Part shown: positions 25,061 through 38,834 of the stretch, in pieces
Layout of the letters: every line of letters starts with the position of its first letter
Position numbering within the stretch: the stretch's first letter is position 1
Assembly: GCA_023920165.1 (NCBI GenBank)
Contig: CP089277.1
Coordinates: forward strand, 3,906,001-3,970,000
DNA: 64,000 nucleotides
Direction: 5' to 3'
Source: Curvularia clavata
Taxonomy: Eukaryota
Program-made: the position numbers and the translations under genes
The notes under the pieces: generated by a model
What the model saw: only the letters and a program-made list of their open reading frames with translations
The model's database searches: none
What the model was told of the DNA's origin: nothing

Positions 25061-26306
25061 ATGTCCTACTCCCCGCCAGACTCTGCGAAGCCCTTCACCC
25101 TCAACATCCCAGACAAAGACCTGTCCGAGTGGAGACAACTCCTCCAGCTCTCCAGGCTTGCCCCAAAAACATGGGAGGGTAGTCAACAAGACCGTCGCTT
25201 TGGTGTAACCGACCAGTGGCTCTCCGAAACAAAAGACTATTGGCTCAATAAGTACGATTGGCGTGCAACAGAAAAGCATATCAATTCCTTCGCAAACTAC
25301 AAAATGCAGATTGAGAGCGTGGACTTGCATTTTGTCGCTCTCTTTTCCCAAAAGAAAGATGCCATTCCCATCATGTTTATGCATGGCTGGCCTGGAAGCT
25401 TCATTGAGTTCCTGCCCATGATGGAGTTGATCAAAAAGAAGTACTCCACCAAGGACTTGCCTTACCACATCGTCGTGCCCTCACTGCCGGGATATACTCT
25501 CAGCACCTACCAGTCCATTGACAAAGGGTGGACTCTCGAGGATTCTTCTCGCGTCATGCACCAGCTCATGTTGAACCTGGGCTTCAATAAGTATCTCGTC
25601 CAAGGAGGAGACGTAGGAAGTTTCACGTCGCGAATTATTGCTGCGAAATATGACGCTTGCGTTGGCTTACATGGTAAATCAAGACACAGATTACTCACTG
25701 CTTCGACGCTAATGTCACCAGTAAACATGCTGTCTACTACCGCCAAACCAGACGAAAATACCGCCATGACCGCTCAGGAGCAAGAGACACTGGTCCAGGC
25801 AAAGAAGTGGTTAGCCTCAGGCACGGCTTACGCCCAAGAGCACGCTACGAGGCCTAGTACAATTGGCCACGTGCTGAGTTCGAATCCACTCGCAACCTTG
25901 GCATGGTATGTGTTGTTGTTCCTTGGGGATTCGCATCAAGATAGACTAAGCATCGTCTAGGATTGGAGAAAAGATGTTGGAATGGACAGACGAGGACCCG
26001 CCGCTCGACACTATCCTGACCAATGTCTCGCTTTATTGGTTCACGGCTTGCTTCCCCTCCTGTCTGCACCCTTACCGCATCCTGTTTGGCCCAGCCCGTC
26101 AGGAGATGCCAACGACGGACAAGCCATTGGGTTACTCGGTCTTCCCAATGGAATTGCTAATAGCCGTCAAGAGTCTTTTGGAAAAGGAAGTCAACCTGGT
26201 CTACTACAAGCGCCACGAGCGGGGCGGGCACTTTGCGGCCTTGGAGAAACCAGCGGAGCTGTGGGCGGATGTCGAGGAGTTTGTGGGCACGGCCTGGAAG
26301 GTATGA
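25061..26306 (+). CDS. epoxide hydrolase (EHN + alpha/beta hydrolase)
   Basis: 'PFTLNIPD', 'YDWR', HGWPGSF oxyanion motif, 'PSLPGY', QGGDVGS nucleophile, 'GGHFAALEKP'. Introns at 25674-25721 and about 25906-25960. Confidence 0.95.
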
Positions 26307-27584
26307 GACCACCGATAGGCATGTCACAGCGAGCGTGCACTGTCGACCGACTGACTCGACAAAGGGCTCTTCTGCGTCGTCGAGATTATAGTCGCCCGGC
26401 AGTTGTTGGTACATTGGCCAAAGAGTACATAGGAGAAGATTGGCGTGGCATCGCGTAGGTACTAATCAGGTAGCTCAGGGTATTTGGTACAGGACGCTAG
26501 GCGACAAGTGGGAGGTAGACGCCACCGTACAAGTATCCATCCCTTTTGCCGCGCGTCTTAGCCCCAAGCCTCCCGCTACATCGCATTCGCGCCGTGTCTT
26601 GACCATCTCTATCATCAAGGCGACTGGAACGAAGCCGCTACTTACAAGCACTACTTCTAACCGCCACCCACTGCCCCCAACCATCTACTGTCTACGCATC
26701 CCTAAACACGGCCATCTGTGTATGTCGTAAGCGGATCGCATCCGTATCTCGGCCCTATTGCTCCGAGGCATGACGCAAAGACACACATGTCCCCCGCCTT
26801 TCTCCGCACCATCCCGGACCCCCTTCCTGGCGAATGCACCGACATTTTTTCATGACTAGCAAACGCCCCGACCCGATGGCTTGTGCCAGTGCAGAGTATG
26901 AAAAACTATCATGGCCTACATACACCATTCTCGGACATGGCTAGAGTACTGGTAGGACTTGTTTCCGTGTGGCTCTCAACAAACTTTGCTCCAGAATTGG
27001 GTCCGCCATCGGACTAGCACGAGCTACAGCCTGTCACTTGAGCCCTAACTGCTCTAAGTTGCGGTTTGGCTTTTCATCGGCGGAAAGTTTGGCGCAGCCT
27101 TTTTTAGATAAGCATTGATGTACGAAGTATGTCCGCCGATGAAGTACCTTGCCGCCGGTGCAGGGTCAACTCCACCCTCAGGAAAAAAACAAAGAGGTTG
27201 TTACCAGGATCGTCCAAGACTTTTTCCCCGTCTCAAGCCATCCCGGTAGGAAGCGTCGTGGACCACTAAGCCCATTGGATAGTTAATATATTCCCAGGAA
27301 CCCCGCTACTCCTGTTCCAGGTTTCTGCATGTCCCCACGGATCTTGACGTTGTTTTTAGCCGTCGCGGTAGCCTGTTGCCGCCCGTCGTCCCTGCATGGG
27401 TACCGACATATACTCGGTCCAGGCTCCGGATATGCATTGATCCCACTTCTCTCAAGCCACAATAGTGACGCTAATCATCTGCCGTGTCCAAGTCCCCAAT
27501 TTTGGAGGCCCATAAAGAGGAGACCCAACCTGGGGTATTCCGGTCGAGACAGTGAAGCTATCGTTCATCATCCCATTCTTCAAG

Positions 27585-29246
27585 ATGAGGCTCCAACAAT
27601 CACTCAAGGCCACTCTGCTTGGCGCATCGCCCGCTCTCGCTTATCCTCAGACGAGAGGTACTGCCGACTTCAGCTCAAAGTGCGCAGACCTTGCCTCCTC
27701 TCTTGAGATTGACGGCGGTGTGGTTCACACTGCTGAGTTCGTCGCTGCGGGTACCAACTTTACGGCACCCGTTTACGATGAGACATGCGCCGCTCCAGGT
27801 CAGGTCGTCACGGCCGACATGTGTCGAGTCGCCCTCTATGTCGCGACCTCTGAGCGATCTGGCTTCAACATGGAGGCATGGCTGCCATCCAACTGGACAG
27901 GACGATTCCTGTCGGTTGGTAACGGCGGTTTGAATGGATGTATCGGTTTCAGTGACTTGACCTACACTGCCGGGCTAGGTTTCGCGGCCGTAGGAACCAA
28001 CAACGGACACAATGGCACAAGCGGCTTGCCATTCCTGAACAATCCCGACATTATTGAGGACTTTGCGTACCGAGCGTAAGTTTAATCTTCCTAGACTGAG
28101 TCATCTTTGCTAACCATTCTCAGTCTACGCAATGGTGCCCTTGTCGGAAAACAAATCACCAAAGAATTTTATGGCCAAACCCAGGACAAGGCCTACTACC
28201 TTGGATGCTCAACTGGTGGACGACAGGGCTTCAAGTTGGCTCAAGATTTCCCAGATGAGTGGGATGGTATCGTTGCCGGTGCCCCTGCTATCTCTTTCAA
28301 CAACCTGACATCATGGTCTGGTCATTTCTACCCCCTCACCGGCCCACGCAACTCATCGAGATGGGTCTCAGAAGCAAAATGGGTGACAGTTCACCTTGAT
28401 ATCTTGAAACAGTGCGACAAGATTGATGGTTCCCAAGACGGTATCCTGGAGGACCCACTACTTTGCAAGTACAATCCCTCGGGTCTGGCTTGCAAGGGAG
28501 GCAACAACACCGATGCTTGCCTGACACCCGATGAGCTCTCTACCGTGAAAGCTGTCTACTCACCACTTCTAAATGCCAAGGGAGATTTGGTGTACCCACG
28601 CTTCAACCCCGGCGCTGAAGTCATCGGTGCTTATGCTGTTTTCAATGGACAACCTTTTCCTTACAGCCAAGACTGGTTCCGCTATGTCATTTACAACGAC
28701 ACTACTTGGGACCCTCTTACACTGGGTCCTCAAGACTACGACAATGCTGCACGACAGAACCCTGCAGGCATCGAGACTTTCAAGGGAGATCTGAGTGGTG
28801 CAAAGGAGAGTGGCACGAAAATCCTCCACTGGCACGGTACTGCCGACTTCATCATCTCCAGCGACAACAGTGCCAGATACTACGAGCACGTCCGCTCTAC
28901 CATGGGCCTAGAACCCAACAAACTTGATGAATTCTACCGTTTCTTCCACGTCAGCGGCACTGGCCACTGCGGAGGAGGAGATGGTGCACACGCCGTCGGA
29001 CAATCCATCGACGAAGTCAACGGCTATGACCCCAAGCACAACATTCTCATGGCTATGGTGGACTGGGTTGAGAAAGGCAACGCACCCAAGGCCATCACCG
29101 GTACTAAGTTTGTCAACGACACGGTGGCGCTTGGTGTCGACTTCGAACGCACACACTGCAAATACCCCAAGAGCAACTTCTACAAGGGCAAGGGTGACCC
29201 TAAGCTTGCTAAGAACTGGAAGTGCCAAGATGTTATTAGGGGATAG
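27585..29246 (+). CDS. secreted tannase/feruloyl esterase (FaeB-type)
   Basis: Signal peptide, 'EAWLPSNWTGRFLSVGNGG', GCSTGGRQG nucleophile, 'WHGTAD', 'GTGHCGGG' (CS-D-HC motif). One intron at about 28076-28123. Confidence 0.95.
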
Positions 29247-30240
29247 GGTTATGTTTAGATGTCGTATTCGAAAAAGATATGAGGAACGACCGCGTTACGA
29301 ATTGATAGGCGCAACAATAGTTAATGAAAAGCTTCTTTCAGTTCCACAATTGCCCGCAGAGCTGTACCCTCGGGTTCTCATCATGTTTTCTCTATCCTTT
29401 AGCTTCGTTGAAAGGGTAAGGTGCTGTAAGACTGCGGACCGCACCGCTCAGCACCCATTCCGCCTGTCAGCCGCACGACGTCATCCCGCTACTGTGCACC
29501 CTGATGACGAACGTCTGAGAGACCCCTAGTATATCTAGGGCAAGCCCAGCTCATCACCTCGTAGCCTAGAAGCATAGGCCGCAGAGTAGGAGAAATCCGA
29601 AGAAGGCTTAACGATGGACAGTTAGCACATTTAGGTGATTTCGGACCGGGACCTGCATGGATCAAGAGCGACGCTATCTGCTTACGTAGAACCAACACAC
29701 GTTCTGCAGACGGAGCTGGATGCCTCTTTAGTCCATCCCGGCAATATACGAATCGCGCAAAATTTCAGGAGCATTCCTACTGGATGGCATATATTTGTTT
29801 CGCGACGTTGCAAAATCCGGAACAGCCCGAGAATGCTGCCGCATCTCAGCTATGACTGGCACGATGTTGCAACTGCTGAACAGAACAACTCCTCAAGAAC
29901 ATCACCAAGGGGACTTCCTACTGAATGGTGAGACTGCTTACAAACCCATGTTCTGGATTTCAACATTTCTCGGGTCAACGGCGCCCGTTTCGAATACCCC
30001 GCAAAACGCTTACGGCGCCATGGCGGAGATGAGAAAGTCCAAGCCTTTAACACCCTGGGCATCTCGGCCGTCAGCCACCACGCACCTAGACTATCAGGTG
30101 CAAGAAAATAGCACCTAATATATAAAGAGCGCCTCTCGCGTCAGGAACCAATATATAGTCCACGCGTCGCTTCCAAAGAAACCAATATTTCAAGGGTTCT
30201 TTCCACGGAGACATCATCCAACATCCAACATCCAACAACC

Positions 30241-30798
30241 ATGCTATTCACCATTCCGATTGCAGTGCTCGCCTCCGTAGCTGCAGCCCTGCCAGCCCCC
30301 CCACCAGCCCCCGGTTCACACATTCTCAAATCACTAGCCGGCAGTTACTCTCTGGTCAATACCTCGAGCACGCTCAACAACGTACCTATCCCCGATGCCA
30401 CATACGGCGAGCACCCCGTCGGCATGCTCATCTACACAGCCACAGGCTTTATGAGCGCAACCCTCACAGCTACGGAAAAAGAATTCCGTCCCTCAGTGCA
30501 ATTCCCCTTCCAAGCAAATGAGACGGATGCCGACTGGGCGCTCGTCGGAAAACATAGCATTGGGTATTCGGGTCCGTTCAGAATCAATACGGCGCTCCCA
30601 GCGACGGCGACCGAGGGCCAGCTGTTCCATGGACCATTGACGGTCGCCAATGTGCCAACGATGGTGGGACAGGAACACAGGAGGAATTACACGGTTGTGC
30701 GTCAGGAGGAGGAGGGCAAGATGGTCACGTACTTGAAGATTGGGAGTGAACGCGGGGGTGGGTTCCGTGGTGTGCTTTGGTGGAAGCGATTGGACTAA
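30241..30798 (+). CDS. secreted lipocalin-like domain protein (Lipocalin_5-type)
   Basis: Signal peptide MLFTIPIAVLASVAAA; 'LAGSYSLV..YGEHPVGMLIYTATGFMSA..YSGPF..VGQEHRRNYT..LWWKR' fits the lipocalin-like beta-barrel pattern. Intronless; TATA-like runs at about 30119 and 30151. Confidence 0.8.
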   Translation: MLFTIPIAVLASVAAALPAPPPAPGSHILKSLAGSYSLVNTSSTLNNVPIPDATYGEHPVGMLIYTATGFMSATLTATEKEFRPSVQFPFQANETDADWALVGKHSIGYSGPFRINTALPATATEGQLFHGPLTVANVPTMVGQEHRRNYTVVRQEEEGKMVTYLKIGSERGGGFRGVLWWKRLD

Positions 30799-33700
30799 AT
30801 CTGCTTCCTTTTTGGGGGAAAGAAAATAGATTCATGAGAATAGATGGTCTTGCGCTTTACTGCAAAGCGCAATTTTTTCTTCTAGAAAGATTCTTGCATC
30901 ATGAGGACATGGTGGTCTTCCAATTGCACCGTTTGCGGACTTGCATTGTCTTCTGATCAAACATGTTGGTCGACTGGGATGGGTTACTAGCGCTGCATTG
31001 CGTCTCCTGACTAGGGGTCGCGATCCCAGTCTCATATCAAGCCATGTAATATCGATACTTTGGTTCAGTTAAGAACAGGCTGCGGCGAACAAGAATATCA
31101 AATTTCGGATATCGCATTAGATTAGGGGAATGGTCCCCATTTTTTTGTTGGTTCGCTAGTCGTAGGGGCGTCGTACGACAGCATTTCGGAACTGCCTCAT
31201 CAAGGCGCGAAGAGTGTCGGATGATAAGATGCAGAATACTGTGCTTGGTGCTGGGATGGGATGGCGGCTGTATGCGCCAAGCTTTATGCACAATAAGATA
31301 ACTAAGAAACAACATAACTATTTCACATGATGACATAAGTTTCATTGATCTTGTAAACACGCTTGGGTTGTTTTAGGGCGTTTCATACATAGTAGTTGTT
31401 TTAGAACCAGACCACCGTCATGTCACTTCTGTCAATGCGGCAGCGTTGATACGGAACGTTACCCAATACCTATCCTCCTAGATGTTATGCTCGTATAGTA
31501 GTCGATTATTTATGCTCAAATACTACGTAACGCCATCTGCTTCCACAGTGCCAGCATATTCTAGGTTTTAGTTGTAGATTAATAGCTTGTATTGCGCTCT
31601 TTACAGGTCGCTATCCAAGAACAGCGCTTTTGTGTTGCTTTCTTTGCTCTTGATGTCTTGAGAAATGAATGTCACTAGACTCAAGCCATGCCGTGGCTCA
31701 ATGTGTGCAACGAGCAGAATCCGAAGCAATAGCCATCCGTAGTTCAGCGAGTATAATTTCTCCTGCTCAAATCTGTGCCATACAAATTATATTAGCCAAA
31801 TCCATACCCGCTTTAACACCAAACGATAAAGTTATGGAACAACAGTGCCGAAATATCATATGTCATACGTAGAGGTGGTGTATACGTTGTTGGAACCGTC
31901 GATCACGTCTCCTTGTCGAAACGGCCCATCTAATAAGCACAACAATCCACAGGCTAAACAAAACAAGGTTTCTTTTTGCAGCCAAAGCTGTGATTACAAC
32001 GATATGGGGCGTTTTTGTGACGTTTGAATGACAAATATTCACTGACAAAGCTGACTAATTCTATATCACCCAAACTAATAAATCTCTTAACCCAAGACTA
32101 CGGTCGCTGGTACTGTGTTAGAAGAATAAGTGAAAGTAGAGGTGAACTGACCAATGTTTTCCTCGCGCCGTTTATTAAGCTTTCTTCGGGGTTTCGGAAA
32201 AAAGCCTTACTGGATCATATCCAAGTACTATTAAAATCGCCCAGTTAAGCAAAAGATGATATTAGTTTGGAATATGAAGCTTCTCCAACCGTAGTAGCCC
32301 ATACAGACTTTTTGGTGCAGTGATCAAGTCCAGAAAGCTTAAAAACGCAGGAAGCGACAAATACTGCCCTTTGAAAAGAGAGAAGAAATGGGGAACAGGG
32401 GACAGGTGGAACAGATATGAGGCAACTACCACTAAAGCGTTACTTCATAAATCCATTTTGCTTTTCTTCTCGCACCATAATCTTTACGAGAGCCCACTCA
32501 AAGCAACATCCGCGCCAGAAAGGTGGTCAGTAATGGACGGTACTGAGCAGAAGAGATGCATGTTTCCTTCACCTTGATATCCCATCAGCCCAGAAGTCTG
32601 GGCGGGATTGCAGCACATTAGGCTGAAGCCAGCGTGACACAGCGTCTCATTGAATGAAATTCTCACGGCGAATGATTAAGACAGCTCACACTGTGCTTGT
32701 GACTGTATAATGCTATTTGATAATAGTATAATTCACGCATGCTTCCCTTACAAGTGTCTTCCTGATCACGCGACAGTATCCTTGAAGAGACACGTGGAGG
32801 AATGTAAATCGGAAGGCTTTTGTCCATATTACGACACAGCCAGTAGCATTCTAGGAATGACCTTCCCACGCCGGGAACCTGGAAATCGTCTGTCTTATAC
32901 ATCCTTGATGGTACTAGTGAAGTGAATCAATCACCAATTATGACTGCTAACTGGCCAAGGTCTGACAGGCGTCCCAGCCATTCGGGCACTCCGCGTGGAA
33001 GAACTTGGGATAGATTTGGGGAAAGTTCCCGGCTACCGTAAGCCCCACGGATCGACCGTACTGTCGGGGCTCTAGACGTAGCCATTCAAGACCGGTTCGT
33101 GTGGCAAGGGTGGACATAACCCCAATCACTCTCCGAAGTCGCTCCAGACTAACCAGCAACATCCATTCTCGTGCTCGAGCTGAAGAATTCACGCACCAAT
33201 AGCGCAAGGGAGAGCGAGATAATTCCCAAAAGAATATATTGTGGCGGTAAGAAATCGATGATCATCAAACAAGCCGTCCATGAAGACTGTCCAGGTTTAG
33301 ACACCCCAATTTCTTCATTAGTAAAATTCAAATTTTACAGCTACCTTCCCACGGCCTTGTTACCCGAAGCCAGTTGCACAGGGAGTGAAGTGTCATATGG
33401 TGTGACCTCCAGGATGTGCCAGCGCCACACACTCTCGTCTCTTTTGTCGATGTGGACGACTTTCCCTTGAAATTTCCTCAGAATTGAAAATCGTAGAGTG
33501 TGCTACTAGGGCTGATGACATCCATTCGTTTCACGACCTATAATTGTACCTGTAGTCACAAACTTGAACTCGTCTGGAATCTTAATCGATAGGGTTTGAC
33601 AGATCGCTGGGGCCTCGCTGAACATCTGGGTGCGTGATAATAGTCTCGGTAGACGCCATTTAGTAGCCTGCAAGTGCGGCTGAAGCAGATACATCTGGGA

Positions 33701-34569
33701 AAGCATCTAGCCAAATGCCAATGTTGCCAACCGAGATGTCGCAATCCTTGGCGTTGATTGCGTTCATCATGTCGTCCCTCCCCATCAGAACCCAGCAATG
33801 CTAAGACAACAAAGTCTCGGCGTTCCGCTCCTATTTCACAGTTGCAGTTTAATGCGTCTTGTAAACAACACACTAATCAGCAGTTTTGCATGCGAATGAC
33901 GTTGGATACTAGGAACAGAGACTTACTGGTACCCATCGGATTCAGATGCAGCTATCAGAGCCAACCAGCCACCCTAGTTCCCCCACATGGTTTGCCCGCG
34001 TTTCGCAAGCCACTGTTGTGTTTTGTGGAAGCCCAGACCGTATAAGCTCAGCCTTTCAGTCGGCCCAGCCTTTCCAAGGTTTGGGCCTTCGGTCTGCTAA
34101 CACGTTCCATCCCACTCAACGTAAGCACGCCATGTTCGGGCGCTCTGGGGTGACAACGATGCTGTCCTGTGATTTGCACAGAATGCCGCCAGTGACACTC
34201 CTCCGCATGCCAAGTAGGATATGCCGTCTTGATAGACTCCGCTCACAGGAGGCTATATCAAAATAAGATACGTGGGGGTTGTGCCTCCCCTTTAAGTCTG
34301 CGATGGCACGGTGCTTTATCGGCAGCAGCACTCGGAGATTCCTAGCTTTTCTCCTTGTCAACTGCACAAAAAAAATCGTTATAAACTTGCGTCGTCTCGT
34401 ATCAGGCCAGGCTACTTGGGTATTCCCAAAACCTCCTGGTTCTACCTGCCTCCGGATCTTTTACAGCAACTGAGCTTGGCAGTGGCTGCGAAACACCTTC
34501 GAAAGTTTCGGGCCGTCGATATATCCAAGACTTCTGACGGTGTGCCTACACCTATCATTCGCGCACAAC

Positions 34570-37142
34570 ATGGCGTCCGCGGGTCGCACAGCAGCCAAGG
34601 TGCTTGGAATCAACCTTGACTACAGGAATGAGCCCGAAGTCTCCGGTTCTGCATCTATCGCCTCTGTCGAGACATGTGAGTAGCACAGCTTCATTGTATG
34701 GCTGAAGCTGACTGAACCTAGACGTTGAGCGCGAACCGACTGCAATAGAATGGCTTTCCCAGTTCAAGCCGTCAGCGAGCGGCATTCAGCGCTATCTTAG
34801 GAGCCTCTTTCCGTTTTTGGACTGGATTTTTCACTACAACTTGACGTGGCTCTTTGGTGACGTTATCGCTGGTGTGACAGTGGGATTCGTTGTCATTCCT
34901 CAGGGCATGGCATATGCTCTGTTGGCAAAGTTGCCTCCTGAGTATGGACTCTATACCAGCTTTGTCGGTTTTATTCTCTACTGGGCTTTCGCTACCTCCA
35001 AGGACATCACAATCGGTACTGTTGCTGTGATGAGCACCATCGTCGGCAACATTGTGACCAAGATCCAGGCAACACAACCGGAGATTGATGCGGTAGATAT
35101 TGCCAGAGCACTTTCTGTTATTGCCGGTTCAGTCCTATTGTTCATTGGTCTCACTAGGCTTGGAAGAATCGTGGAGCTTATCCCATTGGTTGCCATTACG
35201 TCTTTCATGACGGGTGCCGCCATTTCCATTGGAGCAGGTCAGGTCCCTACAATGATGGGCATATCTGGCGTAAACAGCCGTGGAGCTACGTACCTTGTCA
35301 TTATCGACACACTAAAAGGTCTTCCTCGCACAAAGCTCGATGCTGCTATGGGTCTTAGTGCCCTTGTCATGCTATACTCTATTCGAGCCGTATGCAACTA
35401 CATGTCGAAGAAGCAGCCATCGAAGCAGAAGCTTTGGTTTTTCGTGAGTACATCCCATATGATGCGAATATACACAACTAACCAGCACACTAGATCAGCA
35501 CGCTGCGCATGGCTTTTGTCATCTTGCTCTACATTATGATTAGCTGGCTTGCCAATAAAGACATCAAGGGTCTTCATAAAAACACAAAGGTGGCCAAGTT
35601 CAAGATATTGGGTCACGTCCCTCGCGGTTTCCGACACGCTGGTGCTCCAAAAATGGACCAGAAGATCCTTTCAGCCGTTGCTTCGGATATCCCAGTAACT
35701 ATCATTGTTCTGATCCTTGAGCACATTGCTATTTCTAAGTCATTCGGTCGTATTAATAATTATGTCATCAATCGTAAGTACCATGCATGGAGTTTCTGTG
35801 GTCGAAAGCATACTAAAACTGCTCTCTAGCATCGCAAGAGCTTGTCGCTGTCGGTTTCACGAATGTACTCGGTCCATTCTTGGGCGCGTACCCAGCCACT
35901 GGTTCTTTCTCTCGCACTGCCATCAAGTCTAAGGCAGGTGTTCGCACACCACTGGCTGGTATATTCACCGCGATCATTGTCCTACTGGCACTGTACGCTT
36001 TGACAGCAGTCTTCTTTTACATCCCATCGGCTTCTCTAGCAGCTATTATCATTCACGCTGTTGGTGATCTCATTACACCTCCCAATGTCGTCTTCCAATT
36101 TTGGGAAACGTCGCCGCTGGAAGTCGTCATCTTCTTCGCTGGTGTCTTCGTCACAATCTTCACGAATATCGAGAACGGAATTTATGTCACCATCGCTGCT
36201 TCTTTCGCGCTGCTGCTCTGGCGCCAGCTTTTTACACACGGTGCTCTTCTCGGCAAAGTTAAGATCTATCGTGCAACCCCAGAGACAATAGCACACAAGG
36301 AGGATGGTCATCTCGCTTCTGGGCCAGAGACCTCTGTCCGTGAAGCCTTCATTCCCATTAGTCGCAAGGACGGCTCCAACCCACTTGTGGGCATTGAATC
36401 GCCGTATCCTGGTATCCTCGTTTACCGGTTCACGGAGGGCTTTACATACCTCAACCAACAGGGGTATATGGACGAACTCGTATACCATGCGCAAACCATT
36501 ACCCGACCCACAACAATGGATAAATACACCAAGCTCGGCGACCGACCTTGGAATGACCCCGGTAAGATAACTTCATGCAACTTCCCCTCTCAAGCACAGA
36601 TTGCTAATTTGCATCTCAAAGGCCCACGCCGTGGACAGCAGATCAACTACGACGACAACCGGCCCATTCTCCGCGCCATCATTTTGGACTTCAGCGCTGT
36701 CAACAACGTCGACGTGACCTCGATCCAAGGTCTGATTGACGTGCGCGCACAGCTTGATCGTCATGCCGCACCCGAAACCGTAGAGTGGCACTTTGCATCC
36801 ATCAACAGCCGCTGGACCAAGCGGGCTCTGACAACAGCTGGGTTCGGATACATTGACCGTGAGCGCTTCGCAGCACGCCAGCACTGGAACCCAGTCTACA
36901 GCTACGTGCCTCTTGACAGCGCCACGTCCAAGTTGCAGGATGAAGAGGCTCAGGATGTGCATGCTGTCAACCGCAACAAAGGCTTACCGACGGGCAAAGT
37001 CACTACTGTCCATGGACAAAACAGGCCTTTCTTCCACATCGATGTCGCGGCGGCGGTTGAGAGTGCCATCGCTGGTGTCACTAGTAGGTCAGGAAGTTCA
37101 TCAGAAGTTGGCCAAACAGAATACACTACCAAGCAGGAGTAG
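34570..37142 (+). CDS. sulfate permease (SulP/SLC26 with STAS domain)
   Basis: 'LFPFLDWIFHYN..GDVIAGVTVGFVVIPQGMAYA..PEYGLYTSF', 'ATGSFSRTAI', STAS 'ILDFSAVNNVDVT'. Four introns, including 36562-36621. Confidence 0.96.
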
Positions 37143-38834
37143 ATACCTAGATGGGACGTAATTATATAACGTTTTGTTTTTTTTGGTTTCCGCATCTCTT
37201 GGTTGATTTATTCTTGCAATATAATCTTGATTCCAACACACGCATCTGACCTGTCCCCATGGAGTGGAGTTATGTTCATGCGTACTTAACTATGCGCCTT
37301 GTCCCTTACTTCGGCATCCTGTTGCACACATCTCAATGCCGACGCAGCCCTGGGTATCCTTTCCCGTGCCAGAGTACCGGGACCCCGGAGCTTGGTAGAC
37401 CGTAGACAACGGGGTAAGAAATCCATGTAATTGTTGAGGTGGTTATGCAGGCAACTGACGGCACGGACGGCTCGTGGGCCGCAAAGGGTGGGGATGGTGA
37501 TGAAATGTTTCCAACGCTACTCCTAGAAGGGATGGCAGATTGGCACAACGTTGGGAGAAAAAAAAAGACGATCAGGAGGTAACTACGCGAGCCAAAATGA
37601 CTCGTGTGGCAGTTTTGTTTCCTTTGTTCTGCCCCTTTGCGAGGCTCGCAATTACTACCAGTGATTGCTAGCTAGAGATGACAGACGACGCAGGTTCAAC
37701 CACACCGTCCTCGGACAATTGATTGCATGCATATTCCCAGACAAGCTTTGCCTAGGGCAAGGTCAGGTGCACCAGGACCGCATTGCCGCCATGTACTGCG
37801 CTATCGACTGGCCGATACTCCGAGGCGACCGTTGAAAAAATGACCACATTATAAATTAAACCTGAGTGAGGCCAACCAATCACCCCTTTTACCGATCAAC
37901 GTTTCCCCAGACGATGACATCCAGTGTAGAAACCCTTGGTCAAGAAGAAAAAAAAAACTAGGTATGATTCTGAAACAGCGCTAACAGCGGAATGCGTACA
38001 TCCATTGCCTGTTTCGTTGTCCCGAGCATCTTTGCTAAGGGCTTGACCCAAATGAATTGGCCATTAATGGGCTTTGCTATAGTTTTCTTTGGTGTGGCCA
38101 CAGTATATGGCGTTCAAGCTTTATGCATGGACGTTGCTTTAAGGACGGATCCAACATGTGAAACAACTCGTGTATGCACCCCGCGTTGTCCTTTGAGGAA
38201 GCCTTTGCCAAAAACTCGGGACCCTGTTTATCGTCTCCGGTACCTGCCGAACCCTGGTAGTTGATCAGCACGCGACATGGCCGCAATACTGCCGGTAATA
38301 TGAAAACATAATCTACCATAGTGATGTAGAGAGAGCATTTTGCTGATCCAGGTGTATAACAGAGTGGCGAACAGGTTTTGGGCTTACGAGTAAACTCATT
38401 CACATTCTGATGGAAATTAGTCTCCACTAGTTCACATTAGATATGCGAACCAAAACGGTAGTGCAACGAGGTATTGCGCATGCCTAATTCGCATCCTGGG
38501 GGCTGACTGCGTTGTTTGGAGGGGTGAAGCGTCAAGTATATTGAAGGCTTCCAGGTACCGAGTAGGTTTGATTGCACGAAAACTACTAGTAGCAGCTGGG
38601 GGACAAGCTGCTAGGGCTGTTCGTCATCAAATTACGGTGGCTACGCAACTGGATCGATCTGGGTAGAAACTGTGGAGACAGAGGTCTAGAAGGCTTCCGT
38701 CATAAGTTCAGTCTTGGACAGCGTGAAGGTCTATATAAGAGTGCCAGTGAAGCATATTTGATAGCCACTCAGCTCAGACTCACAGCTTGCACACAGCAAA
38801 AAACCCGGTTGAAAGCCTAACGAACTTACCCAAC

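Noticed and set aside
38210..38240. AAAACTCGGGACCC resembling part of a dispersed fungal 5S rRNA gene
   Set aside because: The resemblance is only about 11-14 nt; the 5S terminal stem and internal promoter boxes are missing.
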